A stretch of DNA of 64,000 nt. Origin: Chloroflexota bacterium. Its GTDB lineage: Bacteria; Chloroflexota; UBA6077; CF-72. The translations under genes and the position numbers were made by a program. Positions within the stretch are counted from its first letter, which is position 1, and each line of letters begins with the position of its first letter. Under the pieces are notes generated by a model. That model ran no database searches and was not told the DNA's origin. It saw only the letters and a program-made list of their open reading frames with translations. Where the stretch lies: NCBI GenBank assembly GCA_036506475.1, contig DASXRR010000450.1, positions 913-64,912 on the forward strand, written 5' to 3'. Below are positions 8,379 to 16,704 of this stretch, piece after piece.

Positions 8379-10337
8379 GTGCTCGCATTTCGCTTCATTC
8401 GAATCTCGATTTTCTTGTCCGCCTTGCTCGCCGCGCAGATTGGCGTGCTGCCATCGCACGCGGCGACCTTCGTCAGCAGCTCAGTCGTCGTTACTCCAAC
8501 GCAACCCGCGGTGGATGCAAACGTCAGCATTGTCGCGACGTTTACCAGTCCTGACGCACTGCTGAACGTCATTCTCGACGTCGAAGTCCGTGACGCGACG
8601 AACACGAAAGTGTTCCAGCAAGCATTCTCAGGCCAGTCGCTCGCCGCGACCGTGGCCACCACGGTAACCAGCACCTGGCGACCCACCACCAACGGCACGT
8701 ATACGGTCAAGACGGGTGTCTTCTCGGCGAACTGGTCGACGGGCTACGGCTGGAACGACGCGGCCGGGACGATCACAGTTGGGCCGCCGCCGCCACCACC
8801 AGCCGCGCCACGCTTCACCAGCAGCGCCACGGTCAATCCGGCTACGGTTGCACCAGCGGCCCAGGCGACGATCACCGCGACATTTACTAGCACGACTGCC
8901 GTCAGTGGCATCAACATCGACGTCGAAGTCCGCAATGCGACAGGCACCAAGGTGTTCCAGCAGGTGTTCCCAGCCCAGGTCTTCACGGCTGGCCAGACAC
9001 GCACCTTTACCAGCACGTGGGCGGTGGCCTCGGGCGTCGCGCCCGGTAGCTACACGGTCAAGACTGGCGCCTTTTCGAGCGATTGGGCGACGGGCTATGG
9101 CTGGAACGATGCCGCCGCGACGATCACCGTGGCTGCGCCGAGCAGCCAGCCGGGCTACTACGTCGACTGCACCGGCGGCAACGACGCCAACCCAGGCACC
9201 GACGCCACTCGCGCGTGGTCGACGCTGAGCAAAGTCAACCAGGCAACACTCAAGGCCGGCGATGCCATCTGGCTGAAGCGCGGCTGCACCTGGACCGGGC
9301 CGCTGAACCTGCGCACCAGCGGGACCAGTGCCCAGCCGATCAAGGTCGGAGCCTATGGCTCGGGCAGTCTGCCGATCATCAGCAATGCTCAGAACCAGAT
9401 TGACGTGAACGCGAGCTACATCGTCATCGACAGCGTCTACCTGCGCTCCAACCCGGACACGGTCGACGCGAGCTGCAACAACAATCCCATCGGCTCACGC
9501 GCTGGCGTCACCTTCCATACGGGCAGCGCGTACAACGTGGTTCAGAACTCAACCATTGCCGACATGGCGACCGGGATCAACATCACTCCCGGCTCGCACC
9601 ACAACCAGATCAAGAACAACGAGCTCACCAATAACAAGATGATGTTCAACGTCGATCCGTACACCAACGACGGTGGCGGACATGCGATTCTGGTCGAGGG
9701 CGACTTCAACGATATCGCCTACAACCGTATTCACGACTCGCTGGCCTGCTCGAGGCGCTACGGATACGACGGCGACGCCGTTGAGATGTACGGCGGCCAC
9801 GACAACACGATCCACCACAACCTGACCTGGAACAACTGGCAGTTCACCGAGTTGAGCCTGTCGACGACCAGCAACAACGTCTACGCCTACAACATCGTCA
9901 ACGGCCACAACGGCGTGAGCAGCCACGTCGGACCAACCGGCACCAAGATCTACAACAACGTCTTCTACAGCACCGGTGGCTCAGGCGATAACGGTGTGGT
10001 GTGCAGCCAGTGCAGTACGACAGTCATGACCTTCAAGAACAACATCGTCTGGGCGTACGGGGCGCTGTCGACTAGCGGTCGACCGATTGACGAAGGCAAC
10101 AATCTGTTCTGGGCACCGAACGGCGGGCCGTATTTCGACTTTGCACGCAGCGTTACCGACAAGGTGGCCGACCCACGCTTCGTGAGCCCTGGTAGCGACT
10201 TTCATCTGCAGTCAGGCAGCCCCGCGGCGAATGCCGGCACGGTCGAGTCGGTCAACGCCGGCTGGCGCGTCGATCTCGACGGACGGGCCGTACCCACGAA
10301 TGGCGGCGTCGACATCGGTCCGTACGAGCTGCCCTGA
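8379..10337 (+). CDS. Secreted right-handed parallel beta-helix protein, paralog 3 (two tandem N-terminal beta-sandwich-like domains, poly-Pro linker, beta-helix)
   Basis: GTG start with AAGGAG upstream and a signal peptide. Two copies of the '..DVEVR.A.G.KVFQQ.F....TW......G.YTVKTG.FS..W.TGYGWNDAA.TITV' module are followed by 'YYVDCTGGNDANPG', 'LKRGCTWTGPL', 'GSGDNGVVCSQC..MTFKNNIVWAYGALSTSG' and 'VADPRFVSPGSDFHL'. Confidence 0.75.
   Translation: MLAFRFIRISIFLSALLAAQIGVLPSHAATFVSSSVVVTPTQPAVDANVSIVATFTSPDALLNVILDVEVRDATNTKVFQQAFSGQSLAATVATTVTSTWRPTTNGTYTVKTGVFSANWSTGYGWNDAAGTITVGPPPPPPAAPRFTSSATVNPATVAPAAQATITATFTSTTAVSGINIDVEVRNATGTKVFQQVFPAQVFTAGQTRTFTSTWAVASGVAPGSYTVKTGAFSSDWATGYGWNDAAATITVAAPSSQPGYYVDCTGGNDANPGTDATRAWSTLSKVNQATLKAGDAIWLKRGCTWTGPLNLRTSGTSAQPIKVGAYGSGSLPIISNAQNQIDVNASYIVIDSVYLRSNPDTVDASCNNNPIGSRAGVTFHTGSAYNVVQNSTIADMATGINITPGSHHNQIKNNELTNNKMMFNVDPYTNDGGGHAILVEGDFNDIAYNRIHDSLACSRRYGYDGDAVEMYGGHDNTIHHNLTWNNWQFTELSLSTTSNNVYAYNIVNGHNGVSSHVGPTGTKIYNNVFYSTGGSGDNGVVCSQCSTTVMTFKNNIVWAYGALSTSGRPIDEGNNLFWAPNGGPYFDFARSVTDKVADPRFVSPGSDFHLQSGSPAANAGTVESVNAGWRVDLDGRAVPTNGGVDIGPYELP
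8463..9131 (+). repeat. Intragenic tandem duplication of a ~105-aa module (8463-8780 and 8811-9131) separated by a Pro6-containing linker
   Basis: The two segments of the translated sequence align by eye. A single copy of the same module is present in paralog 1 (about nt 4527-4856). Confidence 0.7.
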
Positions 10338-10405
10338 AAAAGGGCACCTCGTGCAAGGCGTGATACGCTGGCGGCGCCCCATCCGCACTTCTGGAGGAGC
10401 ACTAC

Positions 10406-11758
10406 ATGGCACGTGTTCGCGACTGGCGAAGGCTCGCAGCCATCCTGCTGCTGGTCATCGGTCTCGTCCTACCAACAGGTGCGATCGCACAGGAAGAACC
10501 GCGCACTGCACAGCCGGTCAGCGAATCGTCCATTGGCCCCACAAGTGAGATCCTGCCGCCACCAACTGGCCAGGCCTACTATGTCGATTGCAATGGCGCG
10601 AACGACGGCGCCGACGGTCGAGACGCCGCGCGAGCGTGGGCAACACTCGCGCGCGCGAACAAGGCGACACTGCAGCCCGGCGATGCGCTACTGCTGAAGC
10701 GCGGCTGCGCATGGACTGGCCCACTGCTGGCGAGCTGGGTGGGCAGCGCCACACAGCCGATCCAGATCGGCGCCTACGGCGACGGTGATCGGCCGGTGAT
10801 TCAGAACTCGAACAGTGAAGTCGTGGTCACGGGTAGCTTTCTCATCTTCGATAACCTGAAGGTCCGGTCCGACCCCGATAGCGTCGACACCGCGTGCAAC
10901 AACAATCCGATCGGCAACCGCACTGGGTTCAGCTTCGAACGTGGCGCGACGTACAACGTGACCCAGAACTCGGTGATCTCCGACCTGGCGAGCGGTGTGT
11001 TCTTTACACCCGCGGCCCACCACAATCGCCTGGTCCACAACGAATTGTCGAACAATACGATGATGTTCGACGCCGATCCGTGGCGGAACGATGGCGGCGG
11101 ACAGGCAATCCTGCTCGAGGGCGACTTCAACGAAATCGCCTACAACCAGATCTTTGGCTCAATGGCGTGCTCGACGCGATTCACTACGGATGGCACCGCC
11201 ATCGAGTTGTATGGCGGTCAAAACAACGCGATCCATCACAACTCGACGTGGAACAACGCCAACTTCACCGAGGTCACGCTGCCCCGCACGACAAATAATG
11301 TCTATGCGTACAACTTGATCAACGGGCACTCCGCGGCGACGGTGCACGGCGGATCAAGTGGCACCAAGGTCTACAACAACGTCTTCTACAGCACCGGCGG
11401 CTCCGGCGACAACGGCGTAGTGTGCTATCCCTGTACGAACGACGTGCTGACGTTCAAGAACAACATCGTGTGGGGCTATGGCGCGCTATCGACGAGCGGG
11501 ACTCCGCTCGACGAGGGGCACAACCTGTATTGGGCGCCGAACGGGCACCCCTACCTGGACGCACCCATCAGCAGCTCGTCACGGGTGGCCGATCCGCTGT
11601 TCGTCGATCCGGGGGTGGATTTTCACCTGTCCATCGATAGTCCGGCACACGGCGCGGGCAGCCTGGAGATCCTGAGCCTCGGCTTCCTGCACGATCTGAA
11701 TCTGGTTCCAGTGCCGCAGCGCGACACGCCCAGCGTGGGGGTGTACGAGCTTCCCTGA
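10406..11758 (+). CDS. Secreted right-handed parallel beta-helix protein, paralog 4 (no N-terminal beta-sandwich domain)
   Basis: ATG with GGAGGA upstream and a signal/anchor sequence 'LAAILLLVIGLVLPTGAIA'. Contains 'YYVDCNGANDGADG', 'LKRGCAWTGPL', 'GSGDNGVVCYPC..LTFKNNIVWGYGALSTSG' and 'VADPLFVDPGVDFHL'. Confidence 0.75.
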   Translation: MARVRDWRRLAAILLLVIGLVLPTGAIAQEEPRTAQPVSESSIGPTSEILPPPTGQAYYVDCNGANDGADGRDAARAWATLARANKATLQPGDALLLKRGCAWTGPLLASWVGSATQPIQIGAYGDGDRPVIQNSNSEVVVTGSFLIFDNLKVRSDPDSVDTACNNNPIGNRTGFSFERGATYNVTQNSVISDLASGVFFTPAAHHNRLVHNELSNNTMMFDADPWRNDGGGQAILLEGDFNEIAYNQIFGSMACSTRFTTDGTAIELYGGQNNAIHHNSTWNNANFTEVTLPRTTNNVYAYNLINGHSAATVHGGSSGTKVYNNVFYSTGGSGDNGVVCYPCTNDVLTFKNNIVWGYGALSTSGTPLDEGHNLYWAPNGHPYLDAPISSSSRVADPLFVDPGVDFHLSIDSPAHGAGSLEILSLGFLHDLNLVPVPQRDTPSVGVYELP

Positions 11759-11799
11759 GCGCCGCTGAAGTCCAGGTTGGCTGGCAGCCGCGCAAAGGC

Positions 11800-13230
11800 G
11801 TGCGGCTGCTCGCGGTCGGCATACTCGCCGTGGCACTGATAGGCGTCTTGCCACTGTTGTGGCTGTCGCTGGCCGATGACCGTGGCGTCGTTTCGATCCT
11901 GATCGCAGCAGGCGCAGTGTTGTTCGGGCTGCTGTCCGTGCGCTCGCTGATGCCGCTCGCGCTGGTGCTGGTCGTCCTGACCGCGGATGCATTGGGCGTC
12001 TTCGGCGATCGGGGCGGCGACGTCCTGCCCTATGTACAGGTATTCGGCGGGGTCCGCGTGACGCTGCGCGACGGCCTGCTCATCCTCGGTCTGCCACTGG
12101 CCCTTATGCAGCTTGTGCGCCGACGCGAAGCGCCGGTCTACATCCAGCCCTACCTCGCGGTGCTGGGCACGATCGCAGTTGGTTTCGTGCTCGGAATCTT
12201 GTCGGACGCCGACGTGAAGGCACCGCTCAACACACTGCGGCCGTTGTTCGGCTACGCCCTGTACCTCATTCTCATCGCGGCCGTCGACACGCGGGGCAAG
12301 CTGCTCTGGCTCTTGGGCGCGAGCTTTGGCGTCGCCGTCGTGGCTGTCGGGATCCAGGTTGTCGAAGCCGGGCGCGGTGGTCTATTGCCGTTTCTCGCCC
12401 CGCCGATTGCGGCCGGGCAGGCGTTTGCCGGGGTATCGGTCGAAGGCCGCCAGGTGCCGTATATCTGGAATCGCGCGGTCTGGCAGTTGTTTCTCACGCT
12501 GCTGCTGGCGCTCGGTGGCCTGCTCGAATGGCGCGCCGTCCGCCTGCATCTGAGCCTGGCGCTGGTATGCGCGCTTGGTTTCGGCATCATGCTCACCCGC
12601 TCGTGGTACATCTTCATCGGCGTCGGGGTGCTGGCCATCTTGTTTGCCAGCCGCGCGTGGAGCCAGCGCCTGCGCTTCCTCGCGGCTATGGCGTTCGGGC
12701 TGGTGACCCTGGCGTTGCTGGCGACCGCAGCTTCGGAGCTGACGTCAGCGCACTACGGCGGCTCGTTGGCAGACGTCTGGCTGGCACGTGTGTCGACCTT
12801 GCTCAGCGTCTCGCAGGATCAAAGCTTCGTCACCCGCGTCAGCGAGCTTGGCCGACAGTGGCAGGCGGTGCTCGCCGCGCCTGTGTTGGGCTATGGCATG
12901 AGCGCCGATGCGCAGCGGCTCAGCCTGCAGGTCGGAAATCTCGACACCGGCGCCGTCAACACCCTGCTCATGTTCGGCTTCGTGGGCACCGCCGCGTTCG
13001 TGGCCCTGGTGTGCTGTGCGGCGTGGTCGAGTCTGCGCCTGGCGCGTCGCCTTGCGCCCTCGTGGCAACGCGGCTACGCCATCGGTTTATTCGGGTTGTG
13101 GGTCGGCGTGCTGGTCGGCTACGCCTTCAACTACGACTTCCTGACCTACCCGCATGGACCGTGGTTGGTCGTCCTCGGACTGACGATTGGCGATCGGCTG
13201 GAGCGCCTGGGTTACACTCCGGTTGACTAG
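11800..13230 (+). CDS. O-antigen polymerase/ligase (Wzy_C-like) family multi-pass membrane protein
   Basis: About 10-12 hydrophobic segments with a larger loop in the C-terminal half. The position next to a flippase in a glycan locus also fits. Assignment rests on topology and context, not on a strict motif. Confidence 0.6.
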   Translation: MRLLAVGILAVALIGVLPLLWLSLADDRGVVSILIAAGAVLFGLLSVRSLMPLALVLVVLTADALGVFGDRGGDVLPYVQVFGGVRVTLRDGLLILGLPLALMQLVRRREAPVYIQPYLAVLGTIAVGFVLGILSDADVKAPLNTLRPLFGYALYLILIAAVDTRGKLLWLLGASFGVAVVAVGIQVVEAGRGGLLPFLAPPIAAGQAFAGVSVEGRQVPYIWNRAVWQLFLTLLLALGGLLEWRAVRLHLSLALVCALGFGIMLTRSWYIFIGVGVLAILFASRAWSQRLRFLAAMAFGLVTLALLATAASELTSAHYGGSLADVWLARVSTLLSVSQDQSFVTRVSELGRQWQAVLAAPVLGYGMSADAQRLSLQVGNLDTGAVNTLLMFGFVGTAAFVALVCCAAWSSLRLARRLAPSWQRGYAIGLFGLWVGVLVGYAFNYDFLTYPHGPWLVVLGLTIGDRLERLGYTPVD

Positions 13231-13251
13231 CGAGCGCGGGGCCAGCGGCCA

Positions 13252-15546
13252 GTGCCGCTGCACCACGATATGCCCGTACAAGCGCAGTTGCGCGACATCG
13301 TGCGCCGCTCCCTGCCCGACCGCCAGCGGATGCTGCTGAGCAAGCTCAGTCTGGCCGTGGGTCTGCGCCCGCGCTTGAATCGCGCGTCGGCATCGCCACT
13401 TACTTTTCCTGAGGGTCGGCGGGCTGCTGTGGTCGTGTCGGCCGACCTCGAGTTGGCCTGGGCATGGCGGTTCGCCCGCTCGTCGAGTGATCCGGCCGAG
13501 TTAGCCCACCGCAAAGCCATCCAGGGCCGCCGCAACATGGGTCCACTGCTCGACCTGTGCGATCGCTTCGGCGTGCCCGTGACGTGGTGCGTCGTCGGCC
13601 ACCTTCTGCTCGACCATTGCGATCGCACCAACGGCACCATCCATCCAGAGACGCCGCGTGTGCCGCATTTCACCAATGCCTTGTGGCGCTACGAGCACGG
13701 AGACTGGTTCGACCATGACCCTGGCGCTGCTGACGCGAGTGACTCCCGCTGGCTCGATTGGCACGGCCCTGACCTGATCCGCGAGATCCTCGCCCGTCCG
13801 ATCGCGCATGAGATCGGTTGCCACAGCTTCTCGCACCCAACGTTCATGGATCGCATTTGTCCCGCGGAGGTCGCGCGCGCCGAGCTCCACCGCTGCCAGG
13901 AATTGGCCGCGCAGTGGGGTCTGCGGCTTCAGTCCTTCGCCTTCCCGGGCAACCTGCAGGGCAATCATCACGTCCTGCGCGAAACACGGTTCCGGTCCTA
14001 CCGCGTCGACGATTGGGCGGATATCGACACGCCCCGGCGCGACGAGCACGGACTGTGGCGGCTCAACGGCGGTGTGTGCCTCGATCGTCCCTACGCCGAT
14101 GGCCCGGCGGGCGATCACATCCGACTAGCTCAGCGCTGCATCGACGTCGCCATCGAGCGTGGGCAGGTGTGTGGCCTGTGGTTTCATCCAGAGACCAATC
14201 CGCGTGATGTGGACGAAATCTTTCCCAGCGTCTTTGAGCACGTTGCCCGCCGCCGTGATGACTTGTGGATCACGACCATGAGCGGCTTGACTGACTGGCT
14301 CGACCGCGCCGCGCGGCCCGTGACACGCGTTCGACATGTAGCGCACGCTCGCGCCGGGCAACCGACGGCCTTCGTGTGCAGCCTGTTCGACACGGGTCTG
14401 GCAGCCGTCAGAAGCCTCGGCCGGGCGGGTGTGCCGGTGATCGGGCTCGACTCGAATCCGCACGAACCTGGCTTCAAGTCCCGCTACGTGCGCGGTCTGC
14501 GCTGTCCCGATCCGGTGCTCGACGCCGAATGTCTGGTCGACTACCTGACTGAGCTTGGTCAACAACAGGACGAGCCGGGCGTGCTGATACCGGCCTCGGA
14601 CGCCTGGGTGCTGTTCATTTCGCGCAACCGCGACCGCCTGCAGCCGTACTTTCGCATGCGCATGCCGGCGTCGGACGTCGTGGAGGCGCTGGTCGACAAG
14701 CGTCGCCAGTATCAGCTTGCGGAGCAGGTCGGCACGCCGTACCCGCGCACCTTCTACCCGTCCACGCTGGACGAGGCGCGCGAGTGCGCGAAGCAAGTCG
14801 ACTACCCCGCGTTTTTGAAACCGTACTACGGCCACCTGTGGCGCGAGCAATTCGGCGGCGCACACAAGGGCTTCAAAGTGCGCGATGCCGACGAGCTACT
14901 CAGCTGCTTTGCTAAGGCACTCGCGAGTGGTCAACCAGTGATGGTCCAATCGATCATTCTCGGACCGAACACCAATCACTTCAAAGTGTGCGCGTACTTG
15001 GACGAACAAGGCGAGACATTGGCGGTTTTTACGCTGCGCAAGATCCGGCAGTACCCTGTCGAATTTGGCGTGGGTACGCTCGTCGAAAGTGTGTGGGACG
15101 ACGAGCTGCGCGAGCTCGGGCTGCAGTTCATGCGCGCGATTGGATACCGCGGCATCGGCTCGGTCGAGTTCAAGCGCGACGATCGTGATGGGCAGCTGAA
15201 GCTGATCGAGCTGAATCCTCGACTGTGGCAACAGAACGCACAGGCTGCCGCGTGCGGGGTCGATTTCGCGCTGATCGCATACCGCGACATGATTGGCGAG
15301 CATCCTGCGCCAGTGTGCACGTTTCCACGTGGCGTCAAATGGCTCGACGCGGCCGCGGATGTGCAGGCAGCGTGGGATTACTTTCGCCGTGGCGAGCTCT
15401 CGCCTGGCAAGTGGCTCGGATCAATGCGCGGCGTGCAGTCGTTTGCGACGTTCGCCGTCGACGATCCGCTGCCGTTTCTGAGAAATTACGAGTTCGGCCT
15501 CAAGGGTTTACGCCTGCCCTTGTATTTGCTGAGGCACCGTGGGTGA
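13252..15546 (+). CDS. Fusion protein: N-terminal polysaccharide deacetylase (CE4/NodB-like) and C-terminal ATP-grasp carboxylate-amine ligase
   Basis: The N-terminal half carries 'AAVVVSADLELAW', 'VPVTWCVVGHLL' and 'IGCHSFSHP' (H-x-x-x-H metal motif). The C-terminal half carries 'VCSLFDTGLAAVRSLGRAGVPVIGLD', 'YPAFLKPYYG', 'VMVQSII' and 'GSVEFKRDDRDGQLKLIELNPRLW' (ATP-grasp). A single uninterrupted frame covers both halves. Confidence 0.75.
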   Translation: MPLHHDMPVQAQLRDIVRRSLPDRQRMLLSKLSLAVGLRPRLNRASASPLTFPEGRRAAVVVSADLELAWAWRFARSSSDPAELAHRKAIQGRRNMGPLLDLCDRFGVPVTWCVVGHLLLDHCDRTNGTIHPETPRVPHFTNALWRYEHGDWFDHDPGAADASDSRWLDWHGPDLIREILARPIAHEIGCHSFSHPTFMDRICPAEVARAELHRCQELAAQWGLRLQSFAFPGNLQGNHHVLRETRFRSYRVDDWADIDTPRRDEHGLWRLNGGVCLDRPYADGPAGDHIRLAQRCIDVAIERGQVCGLWFHPETNPRDVDEIFPSVFEHVARRRDDLWITTMSGLTDWLDRAARPVTRVRHVAHARAGQPTAFVCSLFDTGLAAVRSLGRAGVPVIGLDSNPHEPGFKSRYVRGLRCPDPVLDAECLVDYLTELGQQQDEPGVLIPASDAWVLFISRNRDRLQPYFRMRMPASDVVEALVDKRRQYQLAEQVGTPYPRTFYPSTLDEARECAKQVDYPAFLKPYYGHLWREQFGGAHKGFKVRDADELLSCFAKALASGQPVMVQSIILGPNTNHFKVCAYLDEQGETLAVFTLRKIRQYPVEFGVGTLVESVWDDELRELGLQFMRAIGYRGIGSVEFKRDDRDGQLKLIELNPRLWQQNAQAAACGVDFALIAYRDMIGEHPAPVCTFPRGVKWLDAAADVQAAWDYFRRGELSPGKWLGSMRGVQSFATFAVDDPLPFLRNYEFGLKGLRLPLYLLRHRG

Positions 15547-16697
15547 AACCCAGGATTGCCATCTTGACGAACTTTCCCGCCGACCGGCGCAGTTTCACCG
15601 GTGGAGTCGAGACGGCGACCGCGGCGCTCGTCGAAGGTTTGCAGGCGTATACCGCCGAGTTCGATGTGCACGTCATTTCGGCCCCGACCACGGCTAGCAG
15701 CGATATTGAGGAGTGCGCCGACGGCATGTCATTCCACTTTCTGGGTGGCCTGCATCGTCCGTGGCTGCGGCCTCGCCTTCCGCTGCGCGTGGTCAAGACG
15801 CGGCGACTGCTGCGTCGGTTGCGGCCCGACCTGGTGCACTGTCAGGACAATCCCGATCTTGCTTTGGGCGCGATCCTGGCTGGCTATCGTCCGGTGCTGA
15901 CGGTGCACGGCATCGCCCGCGAAGAGGCCCCACTGCGGACCGGCCTCGAGTTCTGGAGCGCCCATACCGCGGTCTGGCTTGCGCGCCTGACGCGGCCGTG
16001 GCTGAGCGCGTACATCTGCAACTCGCGCTACGTCGCCAGTCGCGTGCCGCACACGCGCCCGCAGTACGCCATTCCAAATGCGGTTGGCCACGCCTTCCTC
16101 GACGCACAAGCCGCGCACGTCGGCGAGTGTGACTCGCCGCGGCTGGTGTTCATCGGCGTGATCGCGCCGCTGAAGCGACCGGGCGATCTGGTCCGGGCCC
16201 ATGAGCGTCTGCGAGCCCAGTTTCCTGACCTTGAAACCGACTTGTGCGGACCAACTGAAGATGAAGCGTATGAGCGCGAGCTGCGCCACAGGGTCGCCCA
16301 GAAGGCACTCACAGGTGTCCGATTCCTCGGTGTCGTCGATCAGGCGCGGCTTGTGGCACTGCTGCAAACCGCGACGGCGCTGGTGCTGCCGTCGGCCCAG
16401 GAGAATGCGCCGATGGCGGTTGCCGAGGCGATGGCCGTCGGCATACCCGTCATCGCAACGCACGTCGGGGCAATTCCAGAGATGGTCGAGGACGGCCAAA
16501 CGGGCCTGCTGTACACGGCGGGTGACATCGACGCGCTCGTGGCTTGCCTCGGCCGATTGTTGAGCGACACCAAACTCCGCGTGCAACTTGGCACCAACGG
16601 GCGAGCCGTGGCACGCGAGCGCTTCACCCCCGCTGCCGTGGCGCGCGAAACGGTCGCCGTCTATCGTCGACTGTTGGGCGAGCCCGCCCACACCTGA
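15543..16697 (+). CDS. Family 4 (GT-B) glycosyltransferase
   Basis: The GTG at 15543 forms a GTGA overlap with the upstream stop. Contains 'IAILTNFP....GGVETA' and the E-x7-E region 'LVLPSAQENAPMAVAEAMAVGIPVIATHVGAIPEMVEDGQTGLL'. Confidence 0.85.
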   Translation: MKPRIAILTNFPADRRSFTGGVETATAALVEGLQAYTAEFDVHVISAPTTASSDIEECADGMSFHFLGGLHRPWLRPRLPLRVVKTRRLLRRLRPDLVHCQDNPDLALGAILAGYRPVLTVHGIAREEAPLRTGLEFWSAHTAVWLARLTRPWLSAYICNSRYVASRVPHTRPQYAIPNAVGHAFLDAQAAHVGECDSPRLVFIGVIAPLKRPGDLVRAHERLRAQFPDLETDLCGPTEDEAYERELRHRVAQKALTGVRFLGVVDQARLVALLQTATALVLPSAQENAPMAVAEAMAVGIPVIATHVGAIPEMVEDGQTGLLYTAGDIDALVACLGRLLSDTKLRVQLGTNGRAVARERFTPAAVARETVAVYRRLLGEPAHT

Positions 16698-16704
16698 GCG
16701 ACGC

